Shown here: positions 51,001 to 63,000 of the stretch, in pieces
Position numbering within the stretch: position 1 is the first letter of the stretch
How the letters are laid out: every line of letters begins with the position of its first letter
Notes under the pieces: generated by a model
The model's database searches: none
The model's input: only the letters and a program-made list of their open reading frames with translations
Told to the model about the DNA's origin: nothing
Position numbers and translations under genes: made by a program
NCBI GenBank assembly: GCA_951804945.1
Contig: OX638165.1
Location: 41,168,001-41,232,000 of the forward strand
Reading direction: 5' to 3'
Length of the DNA: 64,000 bases
DNA from: Podarcis cretensis
Lineage: Eukaryota

Positions 51001-54000
51001 CAAATGACCATGGTTTGGCCACCCTGTACTTTCATCCACTTCTGCTTGGCCTTCTCAGAGGAAGCTTCTGTTATTTTCTTTTAATGTTCCCCCCGCCTCA
51101 GATTTAGTTTACATGTGCTGTTCTCTGCTTGACTGTGGAGCCTCCTGAGCCAGTCTAGGCATACGAAACATCACCACATGAGACTTGACTTTCCTGGGCT
51201 ATGGGTGGAGACAACCCATCTCTGGATATCTCCCTAAGACTGGGCAATAAGGGTTAGGGTTAGGGTTTAGTCGATATTTTAGATTGTAAAATGCTGTTTT
51301 ATCTATTGATTTGTTTTACCTTGTGGGCTTATAGCCGAATAAAGTATTATCTATCTGGGCAATAAGGGGCCAATGCTCCATTCTAAAATAGTGTGTCTAG
51401 AAACATTTTTCTTTTATCCTCTAAGCTGCTAGAGGAACAAACGACCCCTGGATCAGACAATGGGTCTTGTGTCTCTAAATGAATTCTCTACTGGAGTGAT
51501 TGTGCATTGAGTATCTATGCAAATCTATCATATCTATGCAAATCTATCATTTTAAAGCTGCTTGGTTTTCTTTTGCTCTCTGTATTCCAAGTTAACATAC
51601 ACACTCTTTAGTTCCCACAGTGGACACAACCCGTACAAACTGGCTACTAGAAAAGATGGTAAAAATCAAACACCCCGTTGTTCTGGTTGGAGAATCTGGA
51701 ACCTCAAAGACGGCAACAACACAGAACTTTCTTAAGAAACTAAATCAAGACACAAATGTAAGGGTCCAGATTTTATGTAATTAGCCCTACACCTTTACTC
51801 CACTTCCAGATAAGGAAAGAAGCTCATTCTTCTGTTGCAAAAAGGAGAGAAGGAGCAAAAAGCTGAGGGATGAGTATAGGGGACAGATCCTTTGCTGCGC
51901 AGGTCCCCAGAATCTCTGGTTTCATACATACCCCTTTTTGCCTATTTAAGTCATGTCCTATGAGTGTCTACTGAGAAACAACTAGTGTGTTCAGTGAGGT
52001 TTATTGCCCTCAGGTAAATGTGTATAAGTTTGCAGACTTAGTCTGCTCCAGCAATGACTATATTTTAGTATTTTATTAAACAGTATATCCACTTGGCCTG
52101 ACATTTTAAGAGAGAGAATGTATCAAAGTCAGTAAGATGCTTTTAAAAGCAATTTTTAAACTTAGTTATTTATTCTGTAAACTGGTACAAATGTGATAAT
52201 CTTCCACAAATCAATAGAACATTAGAATGATTCAGATTTTAGATTAATGTCCTTTGTTGTTTAGAAATTTTTTTAGAGAATTTATGTAAATATTAAATCT
52301 TATTTTTTAAAAATCCTCTTCTATACAGCAGCAGCAGAAGGTTTCCCAAGTTTTCAAATATTACATTTATCTAATATGACTAATATAACTAAATTGCTTC
52401 GTGCATTCTTGACTTATTTGTAGTGTTATTTTTGGTAGTGTTATTTGTAGTGTGAATTTTCTAAACCATTTTATATTTTTCAAAAATCTACCTGATATCA
52501 TTGCCCTTGAACTAGTCACCCTCTCTCATGCAAACGTACCTCACAAGGGTGCTGCAATGATAAAATGGAAGGTGATAATGTATGCCACCCTGAAATCCTT
52601 GGAGGAAGGATAGGATAAACATGTAAATAAATAAAAGTAACTAATCTGAGACATTCTTATTACCATAATCTCCTATACCTTGCCTGTCCACAAAACTGTT
52701 CTTTTCGAGAACTGAGTGCTAACATATTTTTGCTGCCATCAATCAGAAACACTGAAATGCATCTGTAAATCACAATTCCCCAGTAAGTGGAGAAATACTA
52801 CTGGGATTGTGTCTACTTCCTGAAATTAATATATTCTCTGTAATGATAGAGACACTCTGTTTTAATTTAACTATCACATATATAATCCCTTCTCAGCTTT
52901 TTACCTCTGCCTGCTGAGTAGGAAGTCCTTGGCATGAGCCTTCATTTCCCAATAACTCATTTTTAATCTTCCACTTCCAGGTGCTGCTTATCATTAACTT
53001 CTCCTCTCGCACTACCTCCATGGATATTCAAAGGAATATGGAAGCAAACGTGGAGAAACGGACCAAAGAGACCTATGGTCCCCCAATGGGAAAGCGCCTC
53101 ATTGTCTTTATGGATGATATGAACATGCCCAGGGTAAGAATATACATACAAGTATGCAAGAACATCTCAAGACACATTCAAGCATTTTTAATGGAGCTGA
53201 TGCCGGGAAGGGAATGCTTTGCATCCTTTGTTTCTGAAGAAACTTACATGTGTAAGAGGTGCTATTCTGGATCAGACCAAGGGTTCATTTAATCCAGGAC
53301 CCTAACTGTAGTCAACTATATGCCAAGGGAAGCTCACAGACAGTGATATAATAGCAGTGCCCTGTGGTTTGCCCCCAGCTTCTAGCAATCAAAGAACACC
53401 GCCTCTATCACAAAAGGTTCCATTGGGCTAGTCATGGCTATTGTCATTGGAGTACTCACAATATAAATCAGGCTCTGAGTAAACCCATTAAAGGATATGA
53501 CTAATTTAGGTCCATTAGTCTTGATCTGAGTGGAATTTAGCTGGTTACAACTAATTGTCCAACATGTTTTCTGTTAACTTACTGTGATTCAGCCTTCCTT
53601 TGCATGATGCTCTCCAGATGTTTTGGACTGCAGCTCCCATCAACTCCAGCCAGCATGTCCAGTGGTCAGAGATGATGGAAGTTATAATGCAGAACATCTG
53701 GAAGGTTGGTCTACTCCTTCTACAGAACCATCAAAGCTTGCAGCAAACAACTTGGGTGTAAGAGGAAGGCACTGTACCTTCTTGTTGCAGTCATTGTTTA
53801 TTTTCTGTCACCTGATAGAAAATGTACCTGGTATATTTGTAAAAGAGAGCCCATGCAACTTAGTGGTCAGATTGTCAGACTAGAACTTGAGCGACAAAGG
53901 TTCTGTTCTCTGGGTGACATTGGGTCTATCATTCTCTCATAGGAAAAAGAGAAAACCTGTCACAGGACAGATGGAAAACCCATGTATGTTGTCCTGAGCT

Positions 54001-57000
54001 TTTGGAGGTGGTGTGGGATATAAATGTAGTAGTAGTAATAATAAATACTGAATAATAATAGATCACTCTTCAAGGTTTACTAACAATTTATCAATTAAAT
54101 TCAAAATAAAGAAAAAAGAAAAAAGAATTTGGGGGGCAGTAGCACCTTAGAGACCAACATTATGATCAAGGCATGCTTACTTCTCCAGGCATGTGAAAAT
54201 TGTGTTGAATTTTTCACATATGAACATTTATTCCTTATTGTGAACCTGTGTGGAAAGTAGCAATGTGGAAAAAATATAATTAGTTTGCATCTTAATGCAG
54301 ATTTCCCAAATTTTACACTTTTCAAACCAATGCACAAATTGAAACAAGGCTTTCTTTTTAAATTCTCCCTTCTCCAAATTTTGCAAAGCAGTTCATAAGC
54401 CAAAGAATGCAAAAAACTGTACTACTGAATCAGCATACAAAAATGTATTCTAGGCAAATTGTGTGCATAAATATGTATATTAGGAGACATTAACAAAAAT
54501 ACATTTTCACTTGCCATGGCATGCTTGGCATCCGTCTGTCTCCAGAGGTAATTGAAGAGTGTGCCATTGGGGGTAAAGTCAAACTGCTGGAGCCTTACAG
54601 CACCTGCTGTGGCTGTAGAGACCAATATGAGAGAGACATGCTTTATTGCAGCTGGGGAAGATGAAGGCATCTGGTTTCACTGTTACAAATACACCATGAC
54701 ATTTTTTCCTCTGCGTTCCTCCCAGCAGTCATTTCTCCTCTGGTCACTGCTGTGGATACTCAACCTGACTGCGTCTCCAGGCACTGCAGTTGTCTGCAAA
54801 GGATTCCCACACAGTGGGGTTCAAGTTGCTGGCCTTCATACCACATTTGCAGACATTTTTATAACACAGAGTCGGTCTGCCAACAGGCCTGGTGCCTGAG
54901 GTCAGCTTCTTGTAATGCACATCCTTGTGGAACCTGCCTTGGGGCAAACTGAATTTAAGATTGGAAAACTTGAGTGAAATCAAAGCCATCAGATTCAGTC
55001 ATCTGTCATTGACAGGAGGTTTATAAATATTGTTGATGGTAGTTGAAAAGAGGGGTATAACTCAAGCTGCTTGTTGGTAGCCCTTCTGTTTTTTGTTTAA
55101 GCATTTTAACTTTCTTGTTGTTCAAAGGTTGATGAATATGGGACCCAACAGCCTATTGCGCTGCTGAAGTTACTCTTAGAGAAAGGCGCCTTGTATGATC
55201 GTGGCAAGGAGATGAACTGCAAGTACCTCCGTGACCTTGGCTTCATTGCTGCCATGGGCAAAGCTGGGGGAGGCCGTAATGAAGTTGACCCACGATTCAT
55301 TTCGCTCTTTAGCGCTTTCAACGTGCCATTTCCTTCAGAGTCGTCACTGCACTTGATATACGCCTCCATTTTAAAAGGCCATACTTCGGTAATCTGAATT
55401 ATTTATACAGAGAGATATTGATTAAATTATTGTTGAGAGACCTGTACAGAATTTCAATACTTGTCTAAGAATTGCCCTCAAACCTCCCCTGCCCCAGAGT
55501 AATGGATCACTGTCAAAAATTGTAGCCATGCTGTCGTTTGATGGAAAACATTGCAAGAAAAAGTAAGCTTTAAAGAAAAACCCTTCTCACAATTGTCTCT
55601 TGAAAACATCTTCCCCTATTTTATGTTTGCAGATTTTCAATGAATTGATAGCTGCAATTGCTGACAAGATGACAGCCTCTACACTGACACTTTATCAAAT
55701 GATAGTCCGTGACTTACCTCCAACTCCTTCAAAATTCCATTACATTTTTAACCTGCGGGACTTGTCCAGAGTTTACAATGGACTTGTTCAAACAACACCA
55801 GAACGGTGAGTGAACAGGCACCTAGCTTTTCACTGGAATTGTAACAATATTCAAATTGTTCATTCAGTTCAAGCATACCAATTCATAAAAAGTTACTCCA
55901 AATTGGAAGAAGTGGGAACAGATAAGTTACAAATTCTGCATTTGTGAAAGGCAGCCCACTAAGTCCCATGTTTTGTATTTACTGATTTGACCCAGTTTTT
56001 GTTTTATTATAGGTTCCAGACAGTTGCACAGATGGTGAGAGTATGGCGCAATGAGTGCCTGCGGGTTTTCCATGACAGGCTGATTAATGAAGTTGACAAA
56101 GCTCTGGTGAGTTCTATCCTTTTTACTGCTGCTGACTTAATATCCATTTGGCTACTTTAAGACAGCTGTGTGCCACTCTGAAATAAAATCATTGGCTCAA
56201 GCAATGCTCTGTATGATGCAGTTGCTTCACTTGCATCCAGAGCTTTTTTCAGCTGGAACTCACAAGAACTCACACCTCTCAGGTTGGTTCTGGCACCTCT
56301 CAGGTGGGGACCATTGCCATTCTAAGAGAACAAGGGAAGCGTTCATGATTACTTCTGACACCTCTTTTTCTAGAAAAATAGCACTGCTTGTATCCCATGA
56401 ATTTGTAAGAGGGTTGCTCCTACTAAAGACTGGCTTTCAGAACTGAGCTGCGATAACATAGAATGGACACTGTCGTATGGGCAGGCAGGAGCTAGTGCCC
56501 CATGGACTGTTACTTCTACTGATACAGGAAGGTTTGTTTTTGGCTTCATGCTTGAACTGGGAGCCGTAGCAGTCATTTTTAAATCCATATCAAACCTTAA
56601 AACAGCCTCTCAATCCCTCTGCTAATCCAGAGCCTCCAAAATAGTCACATTCCTAGCGTTTCCGTCACATTTCATACCATAAACACCAAGATGTTCAAAA
56701 TCCCACAAAAGTAAACATTGTCACCCCATTAAAGGGGCATGTAAATTAAACCCCTGAACATAGTTGCTATATCTGCAGAACACACATTAGTTGTAGAATC
56801 TCTCCCTTCTGCCACTCTTGCTGTTTCTGTCTCTCTCTCACAGACTCGCAATGTGGAATGTTGGTTGCCATTAAGAATTTACAATCCATTGGCATCATCA
56901 GTACTCCGAGACTGAGCTCAGTGGTAAACTGCACGCTTTTCGTATGGAAGACTCCAGTTTCAGTCCCAGTCACCTTTATTTCAAAGGATTTCTGGTAGCA

Positions 57001-60000
57001 GAACTGGGAAAGACCTGTGCCTGAAGCCTTGGAGAGCAGTATTGATTGAATGGCCTGATGAATTATAAAGCAACTTCCCATACACATAGGTTCTGATTAG
57101 ATTCTTGCACAAAACATTCCTTGGGATGAATTCTGCAGACCTTTGTGGGGTTTTTTTATTTAATCAAGTTAGTACATGAGTCCTTGTGAGGCAGAATGGA
57201 GAGGACTGGTCCTAAATAAAGAATTGAAAATTTCTTTCTTTTTTTCTTATATATTATAAGGTTGAAGGCCATATACAAGCCCTGGTGGAAAGCAATTTCA
57301 AAGACGACTTAGAGCATGTTATGAGAGACCCTATACTTTTTGGAGACTTTAGGATGGCCCTAAATGAAAGTGAGCCTCGTGTTTATGAAGATATTCAGGA
57401 CTACGATGCTGCCAAAGCTCTCTTTCAGGTATAGAGACTAAATTGGTGTATGGTGTATTTGTTTTCATTGTAGAAGGTTTGAAGATTTCACTATAGAAAA
57501 GGAGATTAAAAGACACATATATGGGATTCTTCCTGTATTTTTTGTGTATGTTACTTGGTTATAACAACTGGATATTTGTTATGTATGCCCTTATCATTAG
57601 TATTAATTCACCTGTTGGGTGTGACTATTAGTGGACATCAAAAATAAGTAGCATTCTCTTTTGGCCAAGTGAGAAATTAAGACTACAATTTTATGTACAC
57701 TTACGTGGGTGTAATCTCCATGGAACACACTGGAATTTATTTCTGAGTAAATGTGTATAGGGTTACATTGTAAAATTCTGATATTCCTTTCATTCAGTGT
57801 TTCCAGCATTTAATTATTTATTTAAAAATATTTGTATACCGCCAGAGCATTCAAATATATCAAAGCGGTTTGCAGCAATAAAGTCGTAAAACCTTACAGT
57901 AAATGCGTAAAAAGTTGAAAACAAACACCAGTAAACCATTATGGAAGGATGTTCTCTTTAACTGCTTGCATAGGCCTACCTAGTAGAATAGAAGAGTTTT
58001 CAGCAGGCATTTAAAAGGTTTTCTTCTGTTCTGAAGGGTAGGACCCAAACCTATGGATTCAAGTTACAAGCAATGAGATTCTGAGTAAAAATCAGGAAGA
58101 ACTTTCTGACAGTAAGGGCTGTTCGACAGTGGAATGGTCTTCCTCGGGAGATTGTGGACTCTCCTTCCTTGAAAGTTTTAAAGCAGAGGTTGAATGTCCA
58201 TCTGCCATGGATGTTGTAGTTGAGATTTTTGCATTGCAGGGGGTTGGACTAAATAACCCTTGGGGTCCCTTCCAACTCTACAAGTCTATGATTCTATGAT
58301 AAGGTGCCTGCTAAATCTCTAGTGGCAGAGGGTTCCACAGGACTGGGCCAATGACACAAAATGCTCGATTTCCCACTGTTGTCAAACTAGCCTCACCAAC
58401 TCGGGGAACAATCAGCAACACTCCTGCCAATGATGTCTGTGATTAAGCAGGGATATCAGGATTCAGGTAATCCCAGTGTTGCTATTGTTTAACACCCTGC
58501 TCTTTTGGTGTTGAAACCCTTCCACAAGCTCACTCTTTTCGCCTTTCCCTTGCAGGAGATTCTTGAAGAGTACAATGAACTGAATACTAAAATGAACCTG
58601 GTGCTGTTTGACGATGCCCTGGAGCATTTGATTCGTGTTCATCGCATCATAAGGATGGACCGTGGTCATGCTTTACTTGTTGGAGTTGGTGGCTCAGGGA
58701 AGCAGTCCCTGGCAAGATTAGCAGCTTATACAGCAGGATGCGAGGTTAGTGGGTCATTAGTTTGCTTTTTTATTTTAGATGATCACCTTTCCCTGTCCTT
58801 GAAGGCTTGGATTACATACTAGCTTTGAGTTGTACCCAAAGCTAGCCCTACTCACAATAGACCCACTGACGTTAATGTACACTACTAACGTAGATCCATT
58901 AATATCAGTATATCTGTTCTGAGTACAACTTAGTTGGATATAAGTACTGTAATTAATTTTAAAAGCCCGGGGGGGGGGGGGGAAGGCAAATTGTCAGCTA
59001 CCAACTCGCCTAAATAAAATGGCCTTATATCACCCCGGGAGAGACAGAATCAGGTTTTGTTTTACTTCTTAAATGAAGGAATTGCAACTCAAGGGAATGT
59101 CCCTACCTGCACTTCACCAATCAATGCTTCAGGTGAAAATAATACAACTAATTTCATACTTTACTTTTAGGTTTTTGAAATAGTTCTGAGCCGTGGTTAT
59201 GGAGAAAACAATTTGCGGGAAGATCTTAAATCTTTGTATGTAAAACTTGGGATTGAGAATAAAATAATGATATTCCTATTTACTGATGCTCATGTGGCAG
59301 AGGAAGGGTTCTTGGAACTCATCAACAACATGCTAACATCAGGTAACGACATACCCATGGTGTGACCACACGGTGGACCACCCATGAGACATTGTGAGGC
59401 AACAGCCTTGGCTGGCAGGATTTGCAGGGGCATTGCCTGCTGCTGCCGCCACAGCCACAGTGGCAGTGACAGCTGCAAATGCTCCTTGGAGTCTGGAACT
59501 GTCACCTCTCCAGCAGACTCTTGGTGAATAGGAGGCACTGCTGGTCTCCTCCCACCCTTGTTTCCAATGCAGATCTTTATCCCCACCCCCCTCGTTTCTG
59601 ATGTAGATATTTATTCACCTCTTCTTTCCAGGGGGAGGATCCATTTTGTGGTCACCTCACATTCCAAAATGTCTTGTGTTGACCCTGATGGTGCATCCAC
59701 ACTTGGAATAATGTGTATAGTTCTGGTCACCTAACCTCAAAAGCTATTCTAGATTTGGAAAAGGTTCAGAAAAGGGCAACCCAAATGATCCTGGCAATCA
59801 CAAGTGGATAGACTGGTGTTGCATTCAGATCTTGCTTGCAGGCTTCCCACTGAAAGAACATGATTTTGTACCAGATGGGCTCTTGGTCTGCTCTCTTGTT
59901 CTTTAAAGTGCTGAGCCTTAATTCTCTACGATTCTTCATATTTTATAGAGTGGAGTTGGAGGGTGTGGGGGCACTGTAGCCATCTGCCTCTGTGCAATGG

Positions 60001-63000
60001 TAGGAAATCCCACTTGGAAGAAGATGAGTGTGCTTTGCATCACATAAAATAATCATGGTCATTATGCACAGTAATCTGAAGTTTATTGGGTGAGATAATC
60101 CAGACAGCAGATTACCGGAGGTGGTCGGGTGGGCGGGATGTTCACCATGGAGTAGTAGCTTCTTTTAACTTATCTTCATTTAATAGGAATGGTGCCAGCC
60201 CTATTCCCAGATGACGAAAGAGACAATATTTTAAATCAGATTACAAATGAAGCAATGAAAGCTGGAGCTGCCCCAGCCAAAGAAAGCGTCTGGCAGTACT
60301 TTGTAAACAAGAGTGCCAACAACCTCCATATTGTCCTTGGGATGTCCCCAGTTGGTGAAACACTGAGAACACGTTGCCGAAATTTTCCAGGTATGTATGT
60401 ATGTATGTTAACAGGCATCCCCTCTCTGCCTCTGGGATGCAGATAAATGAAACTGAAAAGTGGGTATTAGCTTAGTTTTCATAAGTGGAGAGCAATGGTT
60501 TTGAATCTCTGTTCTGTTGAACTTTGAAGTTATTATTACTATTTTAAAAAAATATTGGTCACTTTTCATCCCCAAGGTAACGCAAAGTGGCTTACAATAT
60601 AAAAATGAGCACATGCATTGAAACTGACATGAAAGGAGGGAGGGGGACAAATAGAAATCTAACAGATTTTTAAAAGGCAGGAGTAAAACATTCCACTCAC
60701 TTGAGCCCACTGATTATTAAGGACCAAAGGCCTGGCGAAAAAATCAATCAATCAATCAATCAGTCAGTCAGTCTTTATTATGGTCCAGAGACCCAACAAA
60801 TCATTACAAATCAATATACAATTCATACAGCCTACCTCTAGGTTAATCAAGCATTTTGTTTAGAATATAGGGCTCATTTGTTCTTGCAACCACCAATAAA
60901 AACTTTGCCACTGCTAACGTTCTAGCTTTTGTCCGGTCTTCCAGTAGGAACCTGACATAGTGAGCCTTTGATTTTCCCGGGAAAGGTACCAGCAAGGGTA
61001 GTATCAGTTCAACCCTGGCCTGCTCATATTTTGTTAAATGCAACAAAATGTGATTTATGGAATCAATGTCTTGAGCACACGAGCAAAGTCTGTCCTGGTA
61101 GGGAACTCCTCTCAACCTACCATCCAACACTGCAGAGGGGAAGACATTTAGTCTGGCTTTGGTGAAAAGCCTTCGGTAGTTAGGTACTGTCAGGTTTTTG
61201 ATGTAGGATGTTAACTTAAAGACATACCCGTATTGAACTCCTACTGCCAGCGGACTGCAGGTTGATAACCGATAGACTACAAATACTAAAAACAACAAAA
61301 GCGAAAGTAGGGACCTGATCCTACAAAGAACTCAAGTAGCTCTCGATATATATCCTTTTAATGGTATGCTGCCTTACTGGAAATCAATTGACAGTGTGAA
61401 GAGAAACTTTAAGCTTTTACTAAATATCCATTGCAACACTCTGATCGCAATAAACTTGCTTTGCACGGACCCCCAGCACACTAGATTCATGCTGACATTT
61501 TCTGACTCAGCTACCCCTAAAATGCTACTGAAATATAGGGCCATTTTGCAGGAAAAATAAATGGTTTTGCCTGACACCTAAAGAAAGTAGATAAGAATCC
61601 CTGAGAACAGATAACTATAACTACTTGTTTTCTCCTGAAGTGTGCAATCATGGGAAGGTGTTGGCTGTGCTTTAGAGCAGACTTTCCCAAGCTTTGATCC
61701 TCAGATCATGTTGGATTACAAAGCCCATCATCCTTGACCATTGGTTGTGCTTGCTGGGGCTGATGGAAGTTGTAGTTCAGCAACATCTTGACCCAAGGTG
61801 GAGAGAGGCTGCTTTAGAGTGTGATTTTAGGGTTCACAAGGCAACAGTGAAGCCTAAGAAGCCTGACCAGTTTCTGTGTCTTAGAAAATTACCCAGGATC
61901 CTCTACAATATACAGTGTCATGTGGCAGGAACACAGGAAATCTTTGGAAGCCAAGGCAACACGAAAGGAATTCCTTGAAGGTAGAAAGTTTGAAAGCCCT
62001 AGGTGTAGCAAGGTATCAAAGCTTTGAGTTCCACAGAAAACTTTTGCGGCAAGCCTATAAACCAGTTCATTTAATGGGCATCATTTAATTTGTTCTGCAT
62101 CAGGCTTGCCACTGACACAGGGTGGTATTAAGGCAACAGTGATTTTGGCAAATGGTGCCCCCTTTTAGTATAGCTATGACAGAGTAAAGATGTAAGAGGA
62201 GGAAGAACTGGGGGAGGGTGTTGTAAACAAAAATTGCCCTTTTCCCTTATGGGGTATCCAAGAGCCCATATAGAGTCCTTACGTAGGTTCCCTATTGGTA
62301 AGAGAAAATAACAGGCCAACCAGAGACTATTGAGAAGCAAAGCAGCTAGTAAGCCTGATCTTTATTGATCTGATACAACAGGGTGCTCCCCTCACACGCA
62401 GGAAAGGAGGAGGAACCCAGAACAATGGCGCGCAAGGCCTTATATGGACTTTTGAAATTGACACCCTGTAGATCAAGACCACCCCCAGAAACATCATACA
62501 TACATCACAGAAGGGGTGTAACCTAAGACCACCCCTCAGATATATCATACCTACATCACAGAAAAGGCGGTCTACAACAGAAATTTGAATGTTGTTTTTC
62601 TCCTGTTGTTGTTTATCTCTTTTCTGGCAAGTTACTTGATTGGATTGCCTGGGGAGCCTGGCCAGTCTGATAAATACTTAGTTCCTGGGCCATGTCACAG
62701 GCTCACACCCTATTCATATCTTAAATGTGCCCTTAAGACAGGATTTGTGAGGAAAGAGACAATGGGGAGGTTTGCCACTTTGACCTTGCAGAGAAAACAT
62801 TTGCTCAGTTTGGGAATCAAAATGGTTTCAGGTCGGTCTTCCTGTGCTGATCTATGTACGTGCTTGGTTGATACACTTATGAATATTACCATATATCTAA
62901 GACCTCAACATTCCTATCACAAGGGAAAAGATCAACTTGCTGCCCTGCATCACTAGTATCAACCTTGTTATTTCTCTTCAAAGGTCTTGTCAATAACACT

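Noticed and set aside
51232-51237. Upstream CCCTAA as snap-back template for the telomeric tract
   Set aside because: Fold-back extension from there would copy AGATATCC, not repeated TTAGGG; probably chance, though it allows a small hairpin.
54136-54195. Penelope-like remnant as possible hammerhead ribozyme (also CTGAAGA at ~1984 and ~62020)
   Set aside because: The CTGANGA and GAAA core boxes are not both intact with pairing stems in any of them.
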